Assembly: GCA_016748015.1 (NCBI GenBank)
Contig: JAAOMT010000664.1
Location: forward strand, 1,850,576-1,914,575
Direction: 5' to 3'
DNA: 64,000 nucleotides
Source: Geosiphon pyriformis uo1
Lineage: Eukaryota; Fungi; Glomeromycota
The notes under the pieces were generated by a model that saw only the letters and a list, made by a program, of their open reading frames with translations, searched no databases and was not told the DNA's origin. Positions 53,101 to 64,000 of the stretch are shown piece after piece. How positions within the stretch are numbered: position 1 is the first letter of the stretch; the number at the start of each line of letters is the position of its first letter. Made by a program: the position numbers and the translations under genes.

Positions 53101-54841
53101 TTCTTTGCAGTTTCTGGTTAGGTTGTGTGTTAGTCCGGTGAACAATTTTTTGGCTGGGATAGTGAAGATCTTTCTGGGCAATGAACTTGCTTTGGTGAAC
53201 AACCTTCCCACTGCATTTTGTAGTCCTGGTCGGTTTCCATTGTCCTCTGTTTTTGGAAAGTTTCTGTATTTTAATTTGGTCAAATCTCTGAAACGTTTTG
53301 GTGTCACTTTTGGTGATCGGCTTTTTGATAAGAATGGTGTTTTGTTGGATTGGAAAACTTTTCGTCGTTGGAAAAGGTTGGATCCGCGTGGCCCTGTGCC
53401 TCACTGGTTCGTGGTTTTTTCTGAGTTTTTGAAGGATCAGAGTTACTCATTTTCTGGTTCTGTTGGCTTTGTGGAAAAGCTTGGTTTGGACATTTTGGGG
53501 TCTGAGGAATTTTCTGCAGTAAAAGATAGAGTGCATGACATTTGGTCAGGCTTTTTTGAGGTTTTTACGGATGGGTTTTTGAGGAAGGCAGGCTCTGCTG
53601 AGGTTGCCTGTGGTGCTGCTGCATACTTTCCGGTCTTGGATAAAAGCATTGGTGTTGCTGTTCATGGCCTTTTGTCATCCACTATGGCCAAATTACAGGC
53701 TGTCACTTTGGCTTTGGAGTGTGTTTCTTCTTCAAGTACTGTGGTGTTACGTCTTGACAGCTAGGCTGCCATTGACGCATGTGTGTCTGAGATGTCTTTG
53801 GTTGCCCCTGATTTCCATAATCCATGCTGGCTGAAGAGGCAGCATATTTTCAATTTGGTCAGGGATAAGGATCTTAGCGTGAGTTGGGTTAAGGTGAAAG
53901 GTCATTCTGGGATTTCTGGTAATGTGAAAGCTGACTTGGCTGCTGGGGCTGCCTCTGGGTCTCCCTTTTCCCTTTGTGCTGATGTGTGTGAACATTTTTT
54001 GGTTGCTGAGAGTGTCACTGTTTCTGGTAATGCCTATCATTTTGTCAGGAATATTTTTCAATCAATTTGTTGTGCTCATTGGGAAGCTGGGCCTGGTTGT
54101 GACGTGGTTCCGGATGCGATAATTGGTTGCATAAACTGGGTTGTCATGGCAAAGGTGTGGCATCTTGATTCTCATATGCTTGCTGGGTTCACTAGCTGCG
54201 CATCCTCAACACTTCGCACTTATTTTATGAAGGCTGTATACAGGAGGTTGCTGGTGGTGGTAAGGAAAAGGTTGTATAATAAGTGCTACCCTAGTGTATT
54301 GTGTTTGTTTTGTGGTAAGGTGGAGTTCTTTGACCATGCTTTTACTTGTGTTCATGAGTCTGGTGTCTATGGTGAGATTTTGGCGGAGGCTTCTACCTGT
54401 TGGTCAGCTTTGGCTGGTGGTTCCCCTGCTTCTGGCGTGTTGCAAGTTTTGTCTCAATGTTCCATTGATGTTGGGCTGTACACTTTGGTGTGCAAAGGGT
54501 TTGTGCTGGAGGAGTGGTATGAGGAGGCTTGTAGTATTTTTGAGAATAGAAAGGTGGCCGCTGCTCGGATTGTTGATTATGTCAGGTTTGTTGTTGGGTT
54601 ACATCATGCTAGAGTATGGTTGGCTAGGGCCAGCCACTGGGTAGTGATGGAGAAGGCTGGTCTGGTTTGTGACGTTGGTGTTGTTTCTGGGCTTCTTTGT
54701 GGTGTGTTTTCAGTTTTGTCTGATGGTGTTGTGAGATTGCTTGGTGTGGCCAATTCCTTTGCTGTTAGCTTTGGTCATCGGAAGCCTTATTGTTTCTTTT
54801 TTGGTTTGGATGGCAGTGTGCGGGTAATTATAGATGTGTAG
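50156..54841 (+). pseudogene. LINE E ORF2 (APE-RT-RNase H-CCHC, 1561 codons), no frameshifts, about eight point stops
   Basis: All fragments in one frame. AFVDD at ~52457; VFTDG…KLQAVTLAL…DS…WVKVKGHSGISGN..AD; CLFCG..E..DHAFTC. Confidence 0.94.
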
Positions 54842-55491
54842 TGTTGCCTTGTCTGGCCTGAGTGGCTAGCCACATGTAGAAAGTGTGTGAGTCGCATTTA
54901 GTTTAAGCCTTTTAGTTTGGTTTTATGTATTAGATAGTAATTGGGCTACATTCATTAAATGTGTTAATTAAAAAAAAAAAAAAAAGTAAATTGGTAATTA
55001 TATTTATAATAAAAATATTAATATTATTTAATCTAAGATTAAAAATTATTTTGATATTTTGAACAATAAAATTATGAATACTTAGTAAATTAAACCATTA
55101 TTATGTCATTTTTTTTTTAGTTTTTATTAAAAAAAAATTTTGTTAATAAATAATATTATTATTTTTAAGAAGTGTCAACAAAAGAAAAGAAATGTTTTTT
55201 TTAAAGATATATAATACTTTATTTAAAATATTTATAAGTTTATAAATTATGTTTAATAAAAAAATAATTTTAATGCTTGTATTATATAAAATTTTTTGCT
55301 TAATAATATTAATTAAAAATATATTTTTTTAATATAATATTTTAACTTTTATAAAAAAAAAACTTCTTTCTTTTTTACCTCCTAAAAATCCTCAAAAAGC
55401 GTATTTTGAAAGAAGTTTTTTCTGCTATTTCATACTGTTTTCCATTACTTTACAAGAAACAAATCCTTTTGTTGTTGACCTGGCTGCTTCC

Positions 55492-57354
55492 ATGAGTGGT
55501 ACTGGTGCTAAAAGAAAGTCGTCCAGAGTTCCAACTTCTGGTTCAGTTAGTAGTGGTTCAAGTCATAAGATTAAGAAACCTCCTGGTGGTGCTAAGCTAT
55601 CAAGTAATGGTGTGGCTCTTAAAGGTAGTGGATCTGGTCAAGTGGTTGGACACTTTAATAGCATGGATACTGATGGGAAGACTTTTGAAGGTGAAGAAGT
55701 ATCCAATTCCAAGATGAATACACCCCAAGCCAAGCATTTCAATAATGGTATGATTGTTGGCTCCCCCCTCAGCTTTATTAATTTCAACATGGAGGAGAAA
55801 GAGGAGGTTTTTCTTCCTCCCCATAAGACTTTTTCTTTGGATAAAGTGTGGATTGATCCCAAAATCATTAAAACTCAGGTGGAAGTGGCTGTAAAAAAAT
55901 CTTTTGCTTTGGACATCAATCTTTTGGCTGTGGAAGAGAAATTGGTGACGGCCAAAACTCATGCCATAAGAAAATTATTTTCAAGAATTAATGGTTTTAG
56001 GGGGGCCACTACCCCCTTAAAATTTGAAGGGATTATCAGATCTACCTTCACCTCTGAAGCAAGCATGGAAAAGGCTGTGTCATTGGCCAGAGAAAATAAC
56101 ATCATTATAAACAGTGATTTTAAGAGACAAGGAATACACTCAGATCGGGCCATAGTAATCAAAGAAATTCCCATGGACACACCAAAGGAAATGATTGTCG
56201 CCACAGTATCCGAGTTTGGAGAAATTAAGTCAATCAAAATCCAGTTGATTGGTTTATGGCAAAAGGCTGTGGTGGAATTTGCCGAATTGGAACAGACTGT
56301 GTCTTTGGCTGCTAAGTGGTCCTTCCTGATTAGTAAAGACTCAGTTCATGTGACTATGGCAGTGGGCGACTGTGAAACTTGGGTGTCTAGGGACTGGTTC
56401 AGAGCACTTTTGTTTATTTTGTCAGTGGGGACTACTGCTCATGATCTTGAGGATCTTTTTGAAGGGGCTGGTAGAAAAACTTGTGTCATAAATCGGTTAT
56501 TGGAGACTGATAATAGAGTCCACTGTGTTATTGTGTGTTTTGATTCTGATAAGGTTTTGGAGTCAGCTTTTCACACAGAACTGATCCTTGGTAGTGTGAA
56601 ACTCTCATGGGCTAGGCTGGATTTGGTTTGCTGTGAACAGTGTGGGAAGTTTGGTCATTCTGCCTTGGAATGTGATGCTGAGGTTGCGTCAGCTTTCAAA
56701 TCTTCAAAGTTTTTTATAAGGCTTACCAACCCTGATACTTGTCTCTAGCTGGCCAAATTATATGCAAAGAAGAATGTGCTGATCTCTTGTCCTGTTGCCT
56801 TTGGTGGCAAATCTTGGGCTCAAGTAGTCTCAGTTGCTTCAGCCTCTCATGGTTTTAGTGCTGGTTCTGGTTCCAGTTCCTCGCCTTCCAGTGATTTGAG
56901 TTCAGGTGGGGTACTCCCCCCTCTACCTGTGGTCAATTCTTCTTTAAGTGCTTGCTTAGCACTTCTGAAACGCTCTGTGGAGCTTATGTCTGAACAAATT
57001 TCGAACATTTTTTCTCGTCTTGACAATATTAGTTCAGCACCCTTGGCACCTTTCTTTTAATTGGCTCCTTCTGTGGTAGTTTCTCAGTCCCCAATTTTTG
57101 TTCCTCTTGTGGTTGCAAACTCTGACTTGGATTTTGACATGGCGGTTGATGATCTTTTTGTCCAGCCTACTTCTTTCTCTCCAGGTGTTACCGGTTCACT
57201 ATTGGGTCTGAGTAGTTCCAAAGTCCTGACTTCTAAAGTTGGTGGTCTGGAATCAAAGCTAGTTGCCCTCGACATCTCCGTTGGTTTGATTTTGGCTAAG
57301 TTGGATCAGTTATGTGCTGGCTCAGGTTCTTCAGTTATCTCTTCATCACAATGA
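55492..57354 (+). pseudogene. LINE F ORF1 (RRM-like + CCHC), point-stop disrupted
   Basis: IVIKEIPMDTPKEMIVATVSEFGEIKSIKIQL; CEQCGKFGHSALEC. The N-terminus differs from B/E and resembles A. Confidence 0.9.
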
Positions 57355-60300
57355 CCAGTTTTATTTGGAAAATTGCCACATGTAATATTAGAGGAATGAA
57401 CAATCCTGCAAAGCAGGAGAACATTTATCGCTGGCATAAGGAATCTGGTAGTTCAATCTCGATTGTTACAGAAACCAAGTTGTGTTTCAGTTCACAACCA
57501 TGGATCATGAAAAGGTTTAAGGGTGTCTGGGTTTTTACGTCTGGTCTGGATGTTGGGTTTTGTGGGGCTGATGTGGCTATTTTTGTGAATAATTCTCTGG
57601 CTCATCATGTTTCCAAAGTCAAGGAGGTGAAGGGCAGAGTTCTTTCAATTTGCCTTTTGTTCAAAAACAAGTTTTTTGTGTCTGTCATTGGGCTTTATGT
57701 CTGTGCGTCTGGTGGTGACCATTTTGCTCAGGCTTCTGTTATTAATTTATTCATTGCTGATACTGTCAACAGGAGTTCTTTTGTTGTTTTGGGTGAGGAC
57801 TTCAATAAAGACAATTCAGTCAAGGGGGCAAGTCTTAGGAAATATTTAAGTTTGGGTTTAGTTAATGTTTTTGGTGGTTACTTTCTAGCTAGGATTCCTA
57901 TTTGGAATAATTCAAGAGGCGTTAGCAAGGTTTTGGATTACATTTTAGTTAGTGACTCTTTGATTTCAGTGGTTGTGGATCGTGATGTTAGTTCTGTCTC
58001 GGAATTTTTTGACATAGATCACTTGGCTGTGTTAATGTCTATTGGGTTGAGTGGTCTTCTGAATGCTCGTTTGAACAGCATCCGCAAGCACACTAATAAG
58101 GATTGCTGGAAGTTTAAGATTAAGGATGCTAATGAGAAAAAGTGTGCGTATTTTAAGGACCTCTCTGAGTGTGTGCTTTTGGGTTCTCTGGATAGGTTCA
58201 AGATGGCTAAGAATAATGGCGACTTGGATGGAATGTGGGAAATGCTAGCTGACGCCATGACTGCTTCTGCTGAAAAAATTTTTTCGAGACATTGGTATAG
58301 TGAATTTGATTGTGCTAAGAATAGACTCTTTTCTAAATTTTCCAGGTTGGAGCTTTTGGTTGCCAAGTTATTGAAAGTGCTGAGATGGAATGATACTTTG
58401 GGCTTTGAACGTCTGGCTGACACTTGGCTTAAAGTTGACCCTTCCAAAGCTTCCAAAGTTTTTGGTATAGTCGGGGATGGTGTGGATTCTGCTGGCTTGA
58501 TAAGTCATCTTTCAAAGGTTAAGAAGCAATATAGAAAGTCCAAATATTGTGAATCTGAGGTGGCCAAAAGATCTGCTATCAGAGATGCAATTGATAAGCA
58601 TATGGAAAAGTTCAAAACGGACAAAGGTGGAATGATTCGGAGCATCTTGGAGTGGCCCTTTCGCAAAGTTGTTCTGAACCATTTGGTTGTTGGTGATTCT
58701 CTTATTTTGGAATCTGATGAAGTGAAGCTCAAAGTTGATGACATCATGGTTAATTGGACCAGGAAGCGGAATGCTCTTTCTGCCTTGTCTGGTCCCTGGG
58801 CACAACAATATGCCCCTTTGGCTTATGTTAATGATAGTGCCTTCAGTCTGGTTATGTGTAATATTATCATGTGTGAGATGTCTTCAGTTATAAGCGATCT
58901 TCCTGATGGCAAAGTGGCTGGTTTGTCTGGTATTACCAATGAACTTTAAAAACACACTGGCTGTTTGGTTTTAGAGTGTTTGTTGTCTTTGCTGAACTTT
59001 TGTTTGTGTTTTGGTAATGTTCTAGTTCATTGGAAAGAGGCCTGGGTGTCCATGATTCCTAAGCCTTATGATTGGGATGGCATCTTGTCGAATACACGAC
59101 CTATTGCATTGATTGAGATGACCAGGAAGATTCTGTCAAAAGTTCTCTCAGACAGGATCTCTCTTGTTTGTAGTAGGTTTGATGTCCTCCATAGTAACAA
59201 CTTTTTTGTCCTCAAAGGCACTTCCACTCAGTTACCAATTTCAGCTGTGGGTTCAATTGTGGAGAATGCTTTGAAAAAAGACCACAAACTTTGGCTAGTT
59301 CTTTAAGACATGCACAAAGTGTATGACTCTGTTGGTTGGTCTTATTTAGAAGCTAGTTTACACCATATCAAAATATGCAGCAAGTTTATCAAGTTTTTTG
59401 GCAACATTTACAACAGTCACTTCAACAGAGTCATGATGGATTTTGGTCTTTCTGATGGATACAAAATTCTTGATGGTTTGGATCAAGGTGAAGTTTTCTC
59501 ACCTCTTCTATGGAGAATTTTTTATGACCCTTTGTTATGTGAAGTTGTGAGACAAAATCATTTGTGTGGTTATCAGATCAATTCGAACTTTGTGTCAAAG
59601 ACTGGAAGGATTGAGACTAGTGGGGATATGATCTCTTTTTTCGTGGCTGGTGCCTTTGTCGATGACACTATTTGGGTGGGAAATAGGCAAGCCTCTACAC
59701 AGCACATTCTTAATGTGGCCAGCAAGTTTTTTCTTATCAATGATATTAACATAAACAACAAAAAGACGGTTGCCATTCCTATCAACAAAAGAGTGGGGAT
59801 TCCTGTTTTATCTATCAATGGCCAGGCTATCGCTGTTGCCAATTCTGGTGTGAGTTATCAATATTTGGGTATTTTCTTGTCCACCGATGGTTTGTCTAAG
59901 CTGAGTCTTGTCAAAGCCAATTCAGATATTAAGTTCTTCTCAAATATGGTTCTCCAGAAGGCTGTCTCTGATAAACAATTCTCTTATCTGGTTTCAGCTG
60001 TTTTGCAGCCCATAGTCAGTTATCGAATACAGTTTAGTTTTGTTTCCAAAGCTGTTTGTCTAAAATAGAACGTTCTAATTAGGAGGGGTCTTAGGTCAAA
60101 AGCCAATTTGCCGAAAAACTTTCCCAATGAGGTGTTGCACCACTCCTCTCTTTATGGGCTGAAATCTTTTGAACAATTGCAAGCTGAATGCAAGACAGCT
60201 TCCATTGTGCAGTTTGCGAATTCTTCTGGAATTCTTAGCTGACTGTTTGAACATCGAATTTTGGATTTGCAGGTTTTGTGCTGGGCTCCATTGAATCTTC

Positions 60301-62036
60301 TGCAATATCCTGTTAAGCTAAGAGTGAACACTTCAAACAATTTTCTAGCAGGTGTGGTTTATATATTTTTTGACAACAAGCTGTCTTTGGATAACAGGCT
60401 TCCCTGTATTTTTCGCTCTCCTGGCTGTTTTCCAATGTCATTAGTATTGGGTGATCTTTTGTATTTCAATGTGGTTCGCTCCTTGAAAATTGCTGGTGTG
60501 GCATATGGTGACCAACTTCTGGACAAAAATGGTTCTATTGTCAGTTGGCATACATTTCGCTGATGGAAAAGACTTGGTTCTAGAGGCCCCATGTCTTTAT
60601 GGTTTTTGAAGGCCTCTGCTTACTTAAGTAATTGTTTGCATGCTCCCTCTTCTGCGAGTTTAGCTTCTGTCTGTGCTAATGTTTTGGATTTGACATCTTT
60701 TGCTGACATTCATGAGGAGATTCATGGATTGTGGACTGATGAGATTAATGTTTATACTGACAGTTCTCTTAGAAATTTGGGTACATTTCAGGTAGTGTGT
60801 GGTGCTGCCATTTATTTTCCTGGCTTGAACAAAGGTTTAGGAGTGGAGGTACATAGTGTGCTGTCTTCGACCCTGGCTGAATTACAGGCTGTTGCTCTGG
60901 CTCTGGAGTGCGTTTCCGCCTCTGTTTTAATGGCTTTACACACAGATAGTCAAGTGGCTATCAATGCTTGTATGGCTGAATTGGGTCTGTTACAGCCGGA
61001 TTGTCGCAATAGTTGCTGAATAGAAAGGCGCTATGTGATTAATTTGATTGAATCTAAAGATCTAACTGTCTGCTGGATCAAGATTAAAGGTCATGTTGGC
61101 ATTACTGGTAATGTTTTGGCTGATGCTCTTGCTGAACAGGCTGTGTATTCTGGGGTCTCTCTCCCTGCCAGAATTAATTGTAGATATGTGGTTGCTGATG
61201 GCAGACCAGTTTCTGGTAATGCCTGCCATTTTGTACGTAACATTTTTCATTTTATTTGCAAGTTTCAGTGGGAGGTGGGTCCCGGCCAAGGGGTTGTGTC
61301 TTGTTTGTTTGGTCTGGTTGTCGATTGGAATAGTACCACTCTAGTTTGGCACTCTGACTCTTATATGCTCTCTGGGAATACGTGTTAAGCCACTGCTGTT
61401 TTTTGTACGTACTTCATGAAAGCTGTTCATTTCAGGTTGCCTGTTGCTGTTTGAAAAAGGTTGTATAATAAGGATTACCCTGGTGTGTCTTGTCTGTTTT
61501 GTGGTGATGTGGAACTCCCCGATCATGGTTTTACTTGTGTTAAGGATGCTTTTGTGCAGTCGGATATTTTGAGTGATTTTGGTGGTTTGTGGAAGACTCT
61601 AATGGGTCCTAATCTACTGTCACTGTTTTTTGTACTGCGAGATCTTTCTCTGGGGGTGTCTAATGTTGGGTTGTATTCAGTTTTTTGCAAGGAATTTGTT
61701 CTCAAGAGTTGGATGGATGAGGTCACTGCTTCTCTTGGTGACAAAAAAAAAGCAGCCATTGTGGTGGTGGATTTTGTCCGTCATTTGGCTGAGAGTCATA
61801 GAACAAACCTCTGGCTCTTTAAGACTAAGTTCAGGTCTGACATGGAAAGAAGTGGTTTGATTGGTGATAATGTTATTGTGGCCAGTGCTCTTGGTGTGGG
61901 TGCTCCGCCTCTCTCAGCTGGCACAGTCTGCCTTATTGGTGTGCTAGATTCTCTTAATGTTGGTTTCGGTTTTAGGGGTAGGTTTTTGTTTTTGTCTGGT
62001 GCTGTTCATAGGGTTAGTGTTTTGATAAGTGCATAG
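57351..62036 (+). pseudogene. LINE F ORF2 (APE-RT-RNase H-CCHC, 1561 codons), no frameshifts
   Basis: All fragments in one frame. GAFVDDTIW; VYTDSS…AELQAVALAL…TDSQ…WIKIKGH..GN..AD; CLFCG..E..DHGFTC. Confidence 0.94.
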
Positions 62037-62658
62037 TGTTGTCTTGATTGGCTCGAATGGCAGGTCACATGTAGCAAATGCGTGAACCATGTTTAGTTGG
62101 CTACTTTTCTTTGTAACTTATTCTAGACTTTGGTTGGACTGCACTTGTTAATAAATAATAAAAAAAAACTTCTATATACTTATTAAATTTATTAGTAAAT
62201 TTTTTGCTATTTTATATACTTATATAATAAAAATAGTTTATAAACAATTATTTATGATTATTAGAAAATGTTTTTATAATAAAAACTATTTCAAAATTTT
62301 TTGTTTGTATTATAATATAATTAAGTTTTCAAATTATGTATTTATATATAGTATTACTAAAAAAATTTCTATTTTTTTTAATGTTATTAATATTAATTAT
62401 TGTTAATTTTATTATTTAATAAAAATCAATAAACTTTTAATAAGTTTATTTCTTTTTAAAATATTTTTTTATATTTTAAATTGTATATATTATTAAATTT
62501 ATAATAAAATAACCACTTTTATATTAATTATTTTATATAATTACTTTGTTATAAAAGTTAAATTTTTATAAAAATTATATATCTATAAGCTTTTTAATAA
62601 TATCTAGTTACTTTGTTATAAAATAGCAGTTTTTTAATTCAGTAATTTAAACAATAAT

Positions 62659-63150
62659 GGTCAAAAATTTGGGTTTTTAAAATAAGTTTTATTGAATTAA
62701 TTTGTAGTAATTAATTGTTAATTCTACTTAAGATAAAAAAAAAGATATATTTTCTTAAAAAAAAAGTTTTTTTTATACAATCTATTATAATATTATTTTA
62801 TAATTTAATACTTTTTTTTTAATATTTTGACAAACTAAAAATATATTTTGGCAAATTACAAATTATTTTTATAAACTATTAATTATTTTTATTATTTTAA
62901 TAATTGTTAATATTTTATTAAATTTTATTATTTTGGCAAATTTTTAATTATTATGTAGTTTAATATATTACATAATTTGATCATTACAATTTAGTTATAT
63001 TTGTGTTCTATATAAATTGGATTATTAATTGAATAATAAATTATTAATAATTTAATAAAATGATAATTAATAATTTAAAATAATAATATATGTTAAATAA
63101 TAATAAAAATTATAAAAATTTTATGTTAATTAATAATTTAAATTTTTGCT
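62659..63150. mobile_element. ~490-bp non-autonomous repeat (MITE-like), copy 2, inserted in LINE D
   Basis: Homologous to 18381-18840. Imperfect TIR GGTCAAAAATTTGG / TTAAATTTTTGCT; candidate 9-bp TSD AACAATAAT / AATAATAAT. Confidence 0.6.
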
Positions 63151-64000
63151 AATAATAATAAGTTAAATATAGTGTATTACTTAGAAATTTGATAAAACTA
63201 ATTAGTATTTAAGCATTTTTAAAAAATGTTTTTTTGTTATTATTGTTAATTGTTTGATTTTTATTGTCTTGTGTTTTAAATATTAATTTATATATTATTA
63301 TTTATAAAAGTTTTATGTTCAAAAATTAATAAAATAAAATAGTCTTAGTATTTAATAATACTAAAATAGCTGTTGTATTTTTAACTAATTTTGTAAAAAA
63401 GTTGGTTTTATATTATAAAAACAAAATTTAATTATATAAATTTAAATATAAAATTATAATAGAAAAAAATAAATTAGTTAAAAATAATTTTCAGTTTTTT
63501 ACAATTTGCAAAATCTTTTAAGTTTTTTGATAAATTGTTATGTTTACTTAAAATTAATAAAGTTTTAATAATAAGTTTTAAGTATTATTATTTATATTTA
63601 TTTTATTTGAATTTTAGTAATATATATAAATATATAATATAGTTTTAATTGACTTAAGTAGTTAGTTATATATAGTTATATATAAGTTATATTTAGTTGA
63701 ACCTACTTAATTTGGTTTTGTATATTAAATAGTAATAAGGCCATATTCATTAAATATTTAAAAAAAAAATGTTATTTAATTTTAGAAGTAAATATTTAAT
63801 GATTTTATTATAAACTTAATAATATAAATAGTTTAAAGTATAAAAAAATACTTTAAAAATAAATAAATTTATTAGAAATTTAATAATCTTTAATAATACA
63901 GAATTAATAATAATTATATTATAAAATATTTTAAATCATTTAATATTAAAAAGTTTGTCAAATATTTTTAAATAGTATTATAATTATATTTTAACTATAA

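Larger units (their letters stand above)
48080..54985 (+). mobile_element. LINE copy E (full-length, best preserved)
   Basis: Abrupt GC increase, pyrimidine-rich 5'UTR, two ORFs, conserved 3'UTR, poly(A) 54970-54985. 5' boundary approximate. Confidence 0.94.
55368..62165 (+). mobile_element. LINE copy F (full-length)
   Basis: Candidate TSD AAAAACTTCT (ends 55367 / ends 62173), two ORFs, conserved 3'UTR, poly(A). Confidence 0.94.
33452..63400 (+). mobile_element. LINE copy D: ancient, near-GC-free ORF2 remnant in pieces (33452-34946, 46828-~48050, 54986-55367, 62174-62658, 63160-~63400)
   Basis: Collinear eroded motifs: YWKF (~33500); NNNKTITIFIN (34910-34946) resuming after LINE C; YSNNQAV (~47975); KNINII*SKIKNYF (~55010); YTY..KIVYKQL..IRK..YNKNY…CLY (~62210-62310). 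Confidence 0.62.

Noticed and set aside
54839-54900. Twister or hammerhead ribozyme in the LINE 3'UTR (GGCYGGUCACA, GAAA)
   Set aside because: Lacks the twister P4 closure and UAA cleavage strand and the hammerhead CUGANGA core in most copies; kept only as a structured cis-element.
63400-64000. Possible further LINE ORF1 remnant
   Set aside because: Very AT-rich; only faint motif resemblance, not supportable by eye.

Overview
AT-rich eukaryotic (fungal) DNA. The element families and composition resemble Glomeromycota (arbuscular-mycorrhizal-type) genomes, but that is inference only. There is one host gene: a spliced, polyQ-rich LisH/LUFS transcriptional regulator of the Flo8/Som1/SSDP type on the minus strand (<1..3530), running off the left edge. 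The remaining ~60 kb is a nested stack of transposons. It holds at least six copies of one non-LTR (LINE) superfamily (ORF1 RRM+CCHC; ORF2 APE-RT-RNase H-CCHC, ATGA-overlapping ORFs), a hAT DNA transposon with an 8-bp TSD, two Ty3/gypsy LTR elements with 4-bp TSDs, and small non-autonomous insertions. All elements are dead, mostly through C>T/G>A transitions with few indels, giving a graded AT-enrichment reminiscent of RIP. Most notable: (i) an unexplained accessory ORF just upstream of the PPT, shared by both gypsy elements; (ii) a Cys-rich region plus dUTPase between protease and RT; (iii) a tandem-hairpin 3'UTR motif conserved across divergent LINEs; (iv) an exact internal copy of the PPT next to a U-UUA-AAC frameshift site; (v) transition-only mutagenesis outside CpG; (vi) a single ancient LINE apparently stretched to ~59 kb by nested insertions.
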